A stretch of DNA of 64,000 nucleotides from Oikopleura dioica (lineage: Eukaryota > Animalia > Chordata), in assembly GCA_907165135.1 (NCBI GenBank), contig OU015569.1, positions 3,100,001-3,164,000 on the forward strand, given 5' to 3'. Below are positions 12,387 through 25,588 of this stretch, one piece after another. The notes below the pieces were generated by a model. That model had not been told where the DNA came from. It did not search any database and saw only the letters and a program-made list of their open reading frames with translations. A program made the position numbers and the translations under genes. Each line of letters starts with the position of its first letter. Within the stretch, counting starts at the first letter, position 1.

Positions 12387-14038
12387 GCGGAAGGTCCGCG
12401 GAATTGACCTTAAGAAAATTAAAGAACTGAACTTAATTTCCTTTCCATTTAAATCAAGTGTGAAGTAATTAATTTAACGAAATTTCCGATTTCTGGTGTA
12501 CTATATATTCAACATGAAAAAGTTACCTATTGAATCGCCTTATTATATTTCCGATCATGCATTAGGAACACTAAGAGTCTCTTTATTTGGTTATTTTTCG
12601 AAGACAAAGGATATTCATGATACCACAAATGACGGTCAAATTTTACGATGTAATTACGACGTATTGGCGTCTATGACTTTTTTCACCTTCAACAGACTTA
12701 GCCTCATCAAAGTGCGCTTTAGGAATAACGCTATTGAAAGCAATCAATCACTGTTTTTCGCTTACCGTTATTGTTTCTCTCTCAGCGGTACCTCACAGCG
12801 AAATCATGAGTATGTTGCACTAGAATCGGCGCCTGTGCCCTAAAGCCCTTCCACCTACTCTGACATTTACAAAAATGCAGCACCGGTAATCCGTCCCGAT
12901 TCTTTCCATGCAGCAAAGTGAAAATGTTGCATTCCATCTTTCCGTTGCTCCAAAAGTCACCTTTTAAGTTGGAACGGATTGTTTTTATTATAAATTTTTT
13001 TCTAAAGATATATTCGAACACGTGCATAAGCGATTTGAACTTAGGGCATTTAGAAAATGGGCGAAAATGTTCAGAACAAGCTAATCCCTCCCTAAATCTA
13101 ATAAGCAAAGTTATTTTACATTATCACTCATCTTTTTACAGGGCAACTGTGAAAATATCTATATACGAGACGGCGTCACTAAGAAACTTAAGGGGATCAA
13201 GCGCGGTAAACTCATTTTTTCAAAATATGCTCATCTTTGTCGTAACGCTGAGAGAGCCCTAAGTCTGGTCAATATCCTTATTCTTCATTATTGCTGTTTC
13301 TCGCTTTCTCGAATGTCGAGATTTTTATTTTCGTTTCTAGGTCTAGGTCTCTTTAGATATCATCTGCGAAGAAAAGAATTAGAATTTGCCCGGACGGGCC
13401 TCGTAACATTTCTGCGCAATGTTCCGAGTCACGAAAATGCTTAGGTAAGGCGATTAGATTTCGATTATTCTGCTGTATTTCTTCATAATGTGGGTTTAAC
13501 ATGAAAATAACTGAAAATATTGCTTGAAAAAGGCCGGATTTATTTTCTTAAAACTGTGACCATTCTAGCAATGAAGGTTTATCGGATTTAACAAGTGTTT
13601 CAGGCGCAAACTTTCAGAAGTAGTTATGAAGAAAAATATGTAGAAAAACAAGCAAGACCATCAAAAGAAGTATTTTATTATTATCTCAAGTTGCCAATGC
13701 AGGACTTATTTTCGTCTCCAAATTTAGAGGGAGGTTCTTTGAGTTTGACCCAGTTGTTGAGCTTTATCTGTCAATTAATACTGTAATAGAAGGGGCGCGT
13801 GGTCCAACGTACTACCGAAAAAAAGAAAAAGGTAAAAAGTCCGATTTCCGATTTGCAAACTCGGGAGTCGAGACAGTAAATAAAAGAGAAAAAGCCAAAA
13901 AGTGGTAATTGTTCACCTCAAAAGTTGACGGGTGGAAGCGCGATTCGCTTATTGAAGCTGACAACGACGCAGTGCTCCGAAAGCTAAAAGAGCGACTTGT
14001 CTACTGCTGTTTCGAAATGCAGCCGGAATTCTTCTGAA

Positions 14039-14842
14039 ATGGGCAGGAGTGTATCAGAGAGCGTTCTTTCCATGCTACAGACAGTTTTCTTCTTTTGCCC
14101 GGTGAAGCGGCGATTCAGAGAGGGGATAAAATAAATCCGTTTTTATTCCTTGTTGATTTCAATCGTGACAATCCTCGAAAAAAGAAGGCGTAAAAGCTTG
14201 CCGCCAGATTTTAAAAAATCGTTGAATGAAAAAAAATGCACGCACTCAAGCCTCGTTTTCATAAATTCAGTAGCCAGTATTACTTGTCCATCATAATGAT
14301 TTCAAGATAAGGGAGGGAATAAGATAGAAAATCCAAAGTTTTCGGTTCCAATCCCTGATGAAAAACGATTGACAGCTTTACTTCTCGCCAAGACTCAAAA
14401 CTTGTAGAAGACGAGATTTGCGACGAGTTCCAAGTCCTCTACGAAGCAAGTCTTCTGGGTCGCCAGAGCTCGCAGAAGAGCGACAAGTCCTCTAGGAGCT
14501 ACACGAAGCGATCAAGTTATGAAATCGCAGCAGAAAACCGCATTGCTTCGAGTGCTTCATGCAATGGCAATTTGGGAACTCTGGACCGCGAAGAGCTTGG
14601 ACAAGGAAGTTTGTATTTTCTCGCATTTTTTCATTAAAAAAAATAAGTTACGCTAAAACGATCTCTCTCTAATCGCTCTCACAATGCAAGAATAATTCGT
14701 GCCAACTCACCTCACAAATGTAAGTAAACCTTTCTTCAGAACTGATAATTCTTGACTATTTGCGTTTTCAGTGAGCGTTACGAAGTCGTTTAACAAAAGT
14801 GTGAATTCGGTACAAGATGCAATCAACTGGATGGTTAAATAA
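14039..14842 (+). CDS. Hypothetical Ser/Arg-rich protein, about 4 exons
   Basis: Open exons flanked by splice sites (FTSRQDSKLVEDEICDEF..., VTLKRSLSNRS..., SVQDAINWMVK*). Requires non-canonical donors; start uncertain. Confidence 0.45.
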
Positions 14843-14882
14843 ATTGATATTCATCATTTCGAAAGAAATAAAGCTGAAGAGA

Positions 14883-15179
14883 TCATATCATTAAGATGAT
14901 GTTGTGTTCTTTAGGGACCAATGCGTTTCTTCTTTTGTCGAATCGCTCGTATGTCGCAACGGGGCACACCATTTCTTTTAAAATAGTAATTAAAAAGTGA
15001 CTCCTTACTGAGTAAAATTTACCATAGTTCAAATAAGAAGTAATAAAGCCATAAAACAGGAAAATAGAGCAGCTTGTCCACCAAAGAAACCAAATAGCTA
15101 GAGTGAGCGCGCCAGACAAATAAAATCCTTTAACAAAATTTAGGATAATGACTAAAAGGACTGATTGATGGATTCTCAA
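14883..15179 (-). CDS. Hypothetical small multi-pass membrane protein (3' part)
   Basis: Hydrophobic ORF (LAIWFLWWTSCSIFLFYGF); 5' exons unresolved. Confidence 0.35.
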   Translation of the reverse strand: MRIHQSVLLVIILNFVKGFYLSGALTLAIWFLWWTSCSIFLFYGFITSYLNYGKFYSVRSHFLITILKEMVCPVATYERFDKRRNALVPKEHNIILMI

Positions 15180-15197
15180 AAGACTATCGATAAAAGG

Positions 15198-15285
15198 GGG
15201 TGTATGGCGCCCAGGTTATGCATGCATAGGAAAATGCAGGAAAATGCATAACCTGGTTATGGCATAACCTCGGCGCCCGACACCC
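15198..15285. mobile_element. 88-bp MITE (A) with about 24-bp TIRs and 8-bp TSD
   Basis: gggtgtatggcgcccaggttatgc ... gcataacctcggcgcccgacaccc; TSD ataaaagg at 15190-15197 and 15286-15293. Confidence 0.85.
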
Positions 15286-15877
15286 ATAAAAGGGCGTGCT
15301 TTGCGCCTCAAAGGTATAAATTATTCTCTGGAAATATGTTCTAAGTGCGTTAGTGAGATCCCATTGTCGAAAATCCAGCACCATATTGAAGTGTGATTCG
15401 CCTGGCCGTTTGGAATTTCTCTTTATTTGGTATAAAATTTGGGTAATTGCGAATTGAGACTAAAAATTTTAGATACCATTTTTTTCTGAAATATTTTTTG
15501 ATCATTTAGAAAGAAAAAAATTGGCAACGATGAGACTTGACTGCGTCTCATCTTGAGCATCCCTGGTTACTGATAGCAGCTCTGTGATATCGAAAAAGGA
15601 CTCCTTTAACTTATTAGGCTATCAGCTTGTTAGAAAAAATCTTGTTTTGGAAACAACGAGAAAGATAGTTTTTTTATAATTTATTGGTCTAATTCTAGTT
15701 TTTGACTGTGACAGGAAGAGTTGAAATAATTTGGATTCGAAATGAGGTAAGAAAAAGTAAAAAATGCTGCATCTTCCAAGCCAATATTCGCGGAAGCCAT
15801 TGTCGATCTTCGTGAGTCGTTGTTGAGTCCAAGCCAAGGTCGTAGTCCAAAAAACGTTACTCTTTTTTTTGTTTGTT

Positions 15878-16474
15878 TCACTTCGAGCTGGTGGTTGAAA
15901 TCTCCATTTTCTGTCGCTTTGCAGCACTGTCATCACCATCCACATCGTCATCTAGTTTTCTCTTTCGCTGGGCTCGAAGGATATCGTTCAGCGGAATATC
16001 CGCATATCGCCAGTTTCCGTAGCTGATGACATACTTTCTTCCTGTCTTTGGGTAGTACTTGACGAGGTTAGCTAAAATATCATTTCAAACAGTTGATCGA
16101 ATATATTCAATTACCGTTTTCCCAGTTCATGTAGAAAATATAGCCATTTCCGTTCTTGAATTCAGCATGAGTGCCAATATTGCCCTTAGAGTTCTGGAAC
16201 CATTCGATCTGATTTTCGTCGTATAATTCTTTCAGAACATCTTAATGTAGAAAATAAGTTAACCAACAAATAAAATAGTATTCAGACCTAAGACGTGCAC
16301 CGGATTCACATCCTTGTCAAGCAACTCCTGCTCTGGGACTTCTCGGTGGAGATAGTCCTCATTTTCATCCATTGCGTCTATTTCCTCATCGTCCTGCGCC
16401 CAAACGTGGTCGATAACGTCTTCACTCCAGTCGAAATCGACAGGAATCGCCTCTTCAAAGTCCGAAATCGTCAT
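15878..16474 (-). CDS. Hypothetical nuclear protein (acidic N-terminus, bipartite NLS), 3 exons
   Basis: In-frame exons; C-terminal KRKLDDVDGDDSAAKRQK. Confidence 0.6.
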
Positions 16475-16881
16475 GTTCACGCGCCAGGTATTTGTTTATT
16501 GTTTGGGGTTTGTCGCGTGCGTACCACGAAGCAGCGGTACTCAGCTGAGTAGGTTCCGCTTTTTAATCCCCCAATCAGCGCTAGAAAACCCCTAGAAAGC
16601 CCTCCGGCGTTTCGACCTCCATACTGACCTTTAAGGTAGAAGCTACGCCGTAAACTGTGAATGTTCCTCCTTGATTGCAATCGAGCAAGGTCAAGGTACA
16701 TGTATTGAAAGATAACTTGATTTCGTCAATGGATGATTCGAAAATGAACAGCCTGTAGCCCGTATGACAGTTTTGTCAACGGTAATCTACCCATATAAAG
16801 TCACCCCGCATAATCCACGTAAGATAATCACGCGAAACCAGAAAGCCAGCGACACCAATTATATTTTTTTTTCAAAAAGAG

Positions 16882-17761
16882 ATGAAGTTTTTTGTCGCCT
16901 TCGCTTTTGGATATTTTCTAGTCTCTGCGACCACGTTTCACCCCTGGAGATTGTAAGTGATTGACAACCTTAGAAGTCTATTTAATTGCTGACGCAATTG
17001 AAATTTATTTTTAATAATGCTTTCTAAAGTCGATCAGTCAAAGAACGAAAGTACTGGCGTTTTAATAATTAAAGCCATGTTCATTTTCTTCGATTATATA
17101 AATACACTTCTGCAATCCGGTTTCAATAATGAATTAACATTAAGCTGAAATAAAGCCCCTCAGCGATTTTTCACGCGGTTACCTACTTTTGAGAAAAAAA
17201 GGGAGGGAAAAACCCGAAAGAGAATGATTATAAAAAGTTTATTGCTTTATGGGACTCTCGTCGCTGGTTTCAGTGGTCATTTTAACCCCTTTGACTAGTA
17301 AGAACATAGGAAAAATTATTGTCGGGAACAATTATTTATAATTTTTATTTACTATTTTCATTATTTTTTCAATAAAAAAACTTTTAAACGAAAGCTGCTA
17401 AATTGTAACAGAACTCGATAAATATTATAAATTCATCGACGTTGCAGAACCATCTTTATGGACATCTTATTGGCAAATAAAGCAAGCTTTCGTTTTATTC
17501 TTAAATAAGACAGCTAAATATATATTTTTAGTGTTGATTATGATTACGAGGAAGATTCCACACCCCCACCAGCATCAATTTATGACAACCTGAACAAAAA
17601 TCCAAAAGCGATGAAAGATCTTATGCGACTAAAAGTAATGATTTAAACTAAAGCAGAACACAGCGGACAGACTATTTTAGAGCGCATTTACGATGTACAA
17701 CTTGCTGGAGAAAAATAGTAAGCGCTCGTCTCCGTATCTAAGTTCTTCTAATTATGAGTGA
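16882..17761 (+). CDS. Small secreted peptide precursor with two candidate signal-peptide first exons
   Basis: Exons 16882-16952 (plus microexon 17030-17050) or 17224-17297, both phase 2, then 17532-17634 and 17681-17761. AATAAA about 40 bp after the stop. Confidence 0.6.
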
Positions 17762-18173
17762 TGAGAACGAGTTTGTATTTGAGACCCTCTTATCGTAATC
17801 AAAATAAAGTGTTGACTGCACCTGCTTGCATGTCTTTGATTGCACGTGACTGACACTGTGAGCGACAAGTGAAAATTGCATGAAAAAGAGAAATCAAGGA
17901 AGTTTTGTTTTATGATCTTTAGATAAAGCAGCCGTTAGATTCTGGAAACCAGTCAGAACGGAACCTGCATATTACAGTTTGTACGAGATCTAATTGAAAA
18001 TTCTGTCGTGCTAAAATATACAGTGCCCTCTTATCTCATCATACAGCCGTAGAGCAGAAATGTTTATTGAGCAAAAAATGGGTAGATTACGTGGCAAAAC
18101 GAATCGCCGACAAATCGAAGAGCTTAATGTGGTGTGATTGAGATGAAACCATTAGAAGCCGATCTAAATTATG

Positions 18174-20696
18174 TCAGTCGTAATAGCGGATGAGCAGATT
18201 TGCCTTGGTTACAGTCTCCCCAGACTTATAATTAACTCATGTTATAGTAGAAAGCATATAATATATCCCATATATTATATATATATGATACAGCCACTTA
18301 CGGTAAGTGACTTACCTTCGTTTATGACGAGGACTCGGGGTGCGATAATACCGTCTACTTCTACAAGAATATGATTTCGAAACTTTCCTTCTGCCGTATA
18401 AAAATCGATCTAAAATCAAACTTGGACCGTTGCTATAAATGACAAAATGCTCACTCTGTTATTTCCTTCATCGGCGACGAGCAATCCATTCGCCCAATCC
18501 AAGAAGACGATTCCCTCCGGAAAACTGAGCTCCCCATCTCCTCTCCCTTTTCTTCCGAATCTCGACAAGAACTCGCCCTTGTCGCTGAAAATCTTGACAC
18601 AGTGATTGTGATGGTCAGAAACGTAGATTCGATTGTCTGGTCCTGTTGTGACATAACTTGGCGACTTGAACTGATCATTTTTGGGCCCAAAGCTGCCGAA
18701 AGAAAACAGCTTCCCCGTCGCTCCAAAAACTGTGACGGAGTTTTTCTCCAAGTCTGTGAGAACGTAGCGGCCCTCCCTATCGATGCAGACGCCGTGCAGG
18801 TCTTTAAAATCTGGATGGGTGAATGTCGAAGTTAGCGTGCCACTGGCAGTCCACAGCGTAACAGTCCGCTTGCAAACCATCGCGATCGACTTGTCCGGGG
18901 TTACTTAAAATTGCAAGGATTTTAAATCATAATCATAGCGACTCTTATACCCGTCAGACAAGTAGGCTTGGCGGCAGCATTGATTTTGATGGGTTCTGTT
19001 GCTTCCCAACTAGAATTGAAGACAACGACTCTTCCTTTGTCGACAGCCCAGCATCCACCGCCAGGAATCTGGATATACCATTCGATTTATTTGAATTATT
19101 TTTCACTTACCAAAGTGATACCCTTAGGAGGTCGTAAAAAGGCGCCGTTCCCCTTCCCCTTTGCCCCTAGAACTCTAATCGGTTGCAAATTAAACGGAGA
19201 CTCGTGAACAATGGGCCGATTTTCAAACTGAGGCGTTTTCGCTCTTGGAATTGTCGAGTTCTCCTTAGGTTTTGATGGTGGTGGAGGCGCTCGGCGCTTG
19301 AGACTTCCTGTTGAAAAAGTTCTTCCGATCGAGGGTGGAGAGGACTTCTTTGGCGAGGGAAGTTTCTTTTGATAAAAAGGTCTGATGCCAGTAAGAGTGG
19401 AAACATTGCTGTCCCATCGAGTAACACCAATTTTATTCGAGCGTGAGAAGTTAGCGGATAAATTTTCGCTCGGGTCAAAATCGTCGTCCTCCTTGATTTT
19501 CCGTTAGTAGGATTTTGGTTTCTGTATATCAGTACCTCTGACATGTAAGAAGACATTGCCTCGCTGCCGATAGAAGATGTTGATCCAGCTCGTAAATTTT
19601 CAATTTCATATTTGATCTTGCTCGAGGAGGACTTCGTCGATCGATTGTGCTCGACAACATCGCCGGGGACATCTGGCATGTCCGAAATGTCAAAGTCAGA
19701 TGCGTTAGAATCCGTAGAGCTCGATGGATCCGGCGCTTCCAGAAAGTTAACTTTCTTGACGACTTTGATTTCTGCCGTCATCGGGAGATTTTGGACGAGA
19801 GTGTGGACACGGACGCTTTCGATGGTTGCTATTTTCTCGCGGCAGAGTTTTGAGACGTTTTTGTCTCTTATATTGGTTGATAAAGTGTCAAATCAATAAA
19901 AAACTTATGGAAGAATTCAAAACCAACATCTGAGCTCTTCAATATTCTCGTCGATTTTTCTGAGTTCCTCGAGTTTTTTCTCCAAATTATTTTGAACCTC
20001 GACAATGATCCTATCTTGCTCCTCTCGTAGCTGTTTGAAAAGCTTTTCATAATGATTTGAAATCGTGACTAAACTGCACGTTACAAGCTCCTCATGCTCT
20101 TCTCGAATTTTTTGGATAGCATTTGAGTTCTGGACGTCTTTTTCGAATATCCGGTCGATCAGCTCATTAAGAACTTGTTTCGCCACTTCTGCAGCTGTCT
20201 TCTCTGAAGCCATCTAATGGAAAGAAGTTGAATAAGGAAAAAACAGCGCGCTTACCGTCATGTAAGTCATATCTGAGACAAGCCCGGGCCGGTGGAGGAG
20301 CGGTTACGTAGAGCTACCGCCGTGCAAATTGATCAAGCATTTTACACCAATTGAAGAGCTTATTTAGCGATTTAAGATTGAAGCTCTATTATTTTTTAAG
20401 TTTTAGCCCCGGGCTTTGGAATGAACACTGACTCAGCCTCACTGTCTGTTTGTTACAGTCTACTGCAGTCGAAAAGTGAGATAGTAGCTAACAATTACAA
20501 TCAAGAATTGTTGCTTGGACACTGGATAGAACTCAGACTGGAGCAAGCAATCCAGAAGTAAGCTCACCGAAATGGAAAGACTGATGCGCTGTAAATCTCT
20601 ATCTCGATATTCAATTTGCGTTGAAATCCATATTTCGCGGGGAGCGTTTCCTCCAATTAGCCCTGGTGACAGTCCTTCAATCTTTTCCATCCTCAT
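18174..20696 (-). CDS. Coiled-coil + NHL-repeat beta-propeller protein (TRIM2/3-like C-terminal part; no RING/B-box seen)
   Basis: NHL repeats FKSPSYVTTGPDNRIYVSDHHNHCVKIF, LSFPEGIV...LLVADEGNNR and FLRPPKGI; coiled-coil exon about 19930-20213; candidate first exons at 20270 and 20696-20568. 3' end approximate. Confidence 0.8.
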
Positions 20697-21649
20697 TCTA
20701 CACAGGTCGTCGTAGATTTGTTGGCTCAACTAGAGAGGAAGAATACCAATTAGAGCTTTCTTTTTGAGTGCAGTAGACCGCAGCAGCAGGATTTAGGAAA
20801 ATAACGCGACCGGAAAACCGAGTATTTTTGGAATTCTAGCATTTAAAAGTAAAGGAACGTGGAGAGTCCAGCGCTATCACTGCTTTAATAATAATAATGA
20901 TAAGCGAGACAGGTGTCACTTTGATGCTACTAAACGCTCGCTAATGGCGCTTTCTAGTAATTACTCAGGCGCCCTTTTCCGTTTAACAACTTTTGGACTC
21001 TGAAGCTGGTTTAGATTGATCGTTTTGACGAACAGGCCACGATTTTGAAGCTTAACGCCTCCTGCTGATTGAAAAACATCCGCAGAGCAAGCCACAGCCG
21101 CCTAAATAGAGTCATTACAATCACAAGAGAAACCGCCACGAAGAAATCTACTGTAAGAAAAATCGCGTTTTTTCTTGCGTTCTTGAAGGTTCAGTAACAG
21201 GTGTGTGTTTATTGCGCTAAGCTTCAGTTTTGTCACCACTTTCGGGAAACTTATCCATTTTTCTATTTTTGCACTTTTTGTAGCTATAATTTGAACTCTA
21301 AAACAAGCTCTTAACATTTCTTAAAATTCAACAAAAGAATTGAAAAAGAAAGTGTAAGGCGATGAATTAGAAATAAGAAGCCTTCCTGTGGTTTATATTC
21401 AAATAAAAACACGCTCTACGGGCAAATGACGCGAGTTTTAAACTTATTAAAGTTTCCAAGTTAAATTCAAAAGAATTTTTATTTGAATTTAGGCGTCGGC
21501 GAGTGTGGTGTTGGATCACCGGACGTCTCATTAAGGATATCAAGTGCGCTGGCTCGGATCAGCCGCAGTTTTATTAATGAAGAGCCGCCTGTCTTTAGAG
21601 AGCTTCGACTTTTACTGAAAACGAAATTGTTGCTCGCCACAAACTTAGA

Positions 21650-24307
21650 ATGGCACTGACAGAATGCAAGGAAGAGAGAACCAACTCCGCAGGTTTTGTC
21701 ATTTCGTCAATTAAGGATCTCCACGGTCGATTTTTCCCCGAGAATCTTTTGCTTCGAGCTCCAATGAATTACTGTGAAAGAGATCCTTAAAGTAGAGCAA
21801 GTTTGTTGACTCTCGGAAAGAAAGCAATCTCACCCTTACCGACACAATCATCCAGAAGTATTGCGACCTGCACGTATTATTCAGTGAGGGCGAAGATCTG
21901 ATCCCGACTCCTCCTGAGGATCTTTTTTACTCCGTTTTGTACATTGTACTCTTCATTGTTGGCTTCTTGGCGAATATAATCGTTATTGTAACTCTAGGAT
22001 CGTTCTTAACTTGCGCTAAAAAGGTGAAATCAGCGACAGTTACAGAGCTTTTACAGTGAATCACCGCCATGTTCTTATTACTTCCGCTCATCTCTACGTT
22101 CTTCATCTTTCAATAGCCGATTTTATTTTCCTTCTGAATATACCCCTAGCCACGTTTTCTCTCAGTTAAACTCTCAAAACTGGCGTAATAAGAGGGGTTG
22201 AAAACGCATTCAAGTTATCCACTCCAGCCGCCTCCATCCCGAACAGTGGCCTTTTCGAGGAATTATAGGGGAAGTGCTTTGCTACGTTCATCGCTCCGCT
22301 GCCACCATCAATTTCATCGTTTCAATTGGCTTGCTCACAACTCTCGCTGTTGATCGATACTTAGGTTGGTTAAAACGACGATAAACCGCAATGCCCAACA
22401 TTTTGATAATTTTTTAATTAGTGCTCGTGAAGAATGCGTGGAAAACGGTCAGGATAAGAGTTGGAGATGTTCACTGCTTCGGTAAATTACTTGTGCGAAA
22501 CCAATACCGCTATTTATACCTGTATTCTGGTATTTGAGTTTGATAGATTTCTGATGTCATAAATCTATTCGCTACATATCCGATATGTTATTTTGAAAGG
22601 GTGTTCGTAGTAAACAAAAACGTTAAAAAAAACTAATACTCTCAGCTTGTGACAGAACGAAGTCCCGTCCACCAATGCTCGCCCATCTCTATGTTGCGGG
22701 AATTTGGCTCTTTAGGTCTTGGTTCACACTTTTCAACAGATAAACTCCTTTGAAAAGGCACACAAAGTGACCCACAATCAGTTTGCTTCTGGCCACCCCC
22801 AACATGATGGCAACTAGCTACAGTGAAACAAACGATACCGCCAAGTGCTCCGTAAATTGGACTCTTATGGACGCATGGCTCCCTGAGTATCCAAAGAACT
22901 CAGAGCTCGCGCTTGAAACTCAAGGAAATGTCTCCTTCTACGTCTACGATGATGAAAGTCTTTACCTGCAGAATCTCACTCACGAGGATCCACTTTACTT
23001 TGGATTTTCCGATTTGGGGTCTTTCGGCAACGAAAGTGATCTTCTTGAAATGTTCGGTGGAACGACAGAGGAAGAGAACGAACTGCTCGAAGAGGCTGGC
23101 TGGATAAATAACACTGATAGGTGTCGGGAATTCATCAAACAAGCGAATGAGCAATACGAGGTACTAGAACTGTTATCAGATCCGGGGCGGAAAAGGTTAA
23201 TAACTCAGGGACTCGTTAATGAAGAAAGGTTAAGAAGCGAATATACATCGGAATGACCTTTTAAAAACTAAAGCATAAAAACATCATAAACTAGTAATAC
23301 TTAGTACTTAGAAATTCTAAAAAAATCAAATAAAAATGCATAAACTCGATATTTAGAATTCAATATCCGACGCTCAAATGTACCACCTCGAGCAAACTTA
23401 CAGCTACTGCTCAGTGCCAGAGCCACGATCAAGAAAAATTGTAAGTAAAAAAATGCTACTTTCCATCATAACAATCTCCTGTCTGCAGTGGCTGTGGGTA
23501 CTCTTTATCAGCTGCTGCGTAATTCCTGCATTCGTGATGATCTTCTGCTACACGCGATTCTGGTTCCGCGTGAAAAAAGTAACACGGGATGTGCAAAACT
23601 TTCAAAATTCGAAGCGACGAAACAAGATGGATTCAACGAGGAGACTCGCTATTCTAGTGGCAGTGTTGTGCAGTTCATTTTTCCTGTGCTGGGAATGGAT
23701 TTCGGAATTCTAAGAACCAATCAATTAAAAATTTTATTTTCAAATCGAAATCCATCAGACTCCATTTCACGTGTTTCACATTTTTCGAGCAACTGGAATC
23801 AGCGTCAACAGTACAACTTGCGCAACTCTTCGCGATGTCCTCTCAACGATGGCCTACGTAAACGCCTGCCTCAATCCTATTCTTTACTCTGTAAGAAATT
23901 TTCTCGTTGACTGGCCAAATTTTGAGCCTTTTAGTTTATCGGAGCTCGTTTCCGCGACCGCGCAAGATCCGTTCTGTTGGAAAAACCACTCCAGCTCAAG
24001 AGAAAGATGAGCACGAACATTTCTGAGGGCAACACGCAACTAACTCGCTTTTCATCAAATCGAGCATCTTTTGCCTACAACTCAAGCAGGCTTTCAGACT
24101 CCTCGAGGGCTTCGGTCAGTGATTTTTGCAAACCTTTTTTCTATAAATTATTTTTAGAGCGAGTCTTCAAACAGTAAAGCTTTTCAAAAAGGGTCGAAAT
24201 CGACGGCTTTCCGTTCAAAATCCGTTCCGATTCCCGAAGAAACATCCCTTCTCGGAGAAATTTATGAGAATTCCTCGGCTGGCAATCTTCCTCGTTCTTC
24301 TCAATAA
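21650..24307 (+). CDS. Rhodopsin-family peptide GPCR (somatostatin/galanin/opioid-like) with very long ECL2
   Basis: GFLANIIV (TM1), LSIADF (TM2), LAVDRY (TM3), CW|TPFH (TM6), NACLNPILY (TM7). Confidence 0.9.
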
Positions 24308-24368
24308 AAATGAACACTTCTCAAAATAAAATATTCAAAGCAAAATCAGATCAATGATATCAGTTTAT

Positions 24369-25588
24369 TCAAGACTCTGGAAGAAAGAGATTAGATAGTT
24401 GGTCGTGTATGTCAGGGGAAATGGAACCTTTGGCGGAGTCAGACTGAGGGACCGGTTCCCGATCCAGCTGATTTTCAGGGAAATTCGAAAAAGTGGGGAC
24501 TTCGGGAAGTAGAAATCTCGGAGGCTCTCTCTCTGGTATGTTTGTACCCTTGTTATGCTTTTGGAACTTGGTTTGAGTTTGTGCATCCTTTTTATTCTTT
24601 GGTATCTTGTAGTTCTTTGTTCTTATCAAGACTTCTTTGAAGCTGTCGATATCGTCGAACTTGATGATTTGCAGCAATATCGTCGAAAGTTGATCCCTGG
24701 TGATGTTCAATCGGTCGTAAAAGTACTCTGTCAGGGTCAAGAGAAATTCGATCAAGTCGGGCTTGTATAGAAGGTCCAAGTTTTCTTCTTCCGATCCAAG
24801 AATTTCGATAATTTCATCGTCAACATCGCACGCGCCGACGTACATCCAAGTTAGGAGAGAGATCATCTGCGGGAATGCCTTGTCGAAAAATAACGAGAAA
24901 TGTTTTCTGCTAATTCGACTTGTACCGAGAGTATTCTTCCTGTAGTTTTCGTCACATTGGAGGGAGTGGGCAATGAAGTTCCGCATGAATCTGACGAAAT
25001 CCACGAGTGAATGCTCATCTAAGTGAGCTGTATCATTCTAAAGGCGTAAGTAAAGAATAGGGAAGAAGAACGAATGCAACTAACCTTGTGTTCTTCCATG
25101 TAACCCCTAAGCTGAGGATGGTCCTTCCAACTGGTTGTTGGTTCAGGCCAGGCCAAAGGAGGATGATCTGGTATTGGAATAAGACTTGTTGATTCCCGTA
25201 TAATGAGCTCCGTGAATCTGGGCGACGTAAGAATTGCACGTAGAATTTGGAACTTTTGTTTTCGCGAGTCTCCCTCAAACACTTGGTTCAGCTTGGCTCT
25301 CTGCAGTTCATTGTTGAAGTTGTCCATGCACATCATCTTTATCGACGGGTAAACAGCATTAAAAACTTTATCAGGATTGCGCTCGTGGGTCATCTGGGGC
25401 AAAATTAGTTACCATCCATGTTCTAGGATAATTACCTGTAACTTGTGCCTGAGCAAATCTTTTGCTCTCAAACTGCTCAAGGAGGGAGTTCTTTGTGGTG
25501 GTAGATGAATATCTTCAGCGATTTCCATCCCATTGAAGAGATTATCATTGATATCTTCCAGCAGGTTATTATCATTGTTGTCTTCCAT
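24369..25588 (-). CDS. Stand-alone KEN (IRE1/RNase L-type ribonuclease) domain protein, about 376 aa; exons 25588-25436, 25393-25085, 25037-24369
   Basis: SWKDH...SLVDFVRFMRNFIAH...TLG...FSLFFDKAFPQMI matches the KEN core (IRE1 SVRDLLRAMRNKKHH...TLG...FVCYFTSRFPHL; RNase L GDLLKFIRNLGEH...YFQKTFPDL). No kinase motifs in the gene. Confidence 0.7.
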
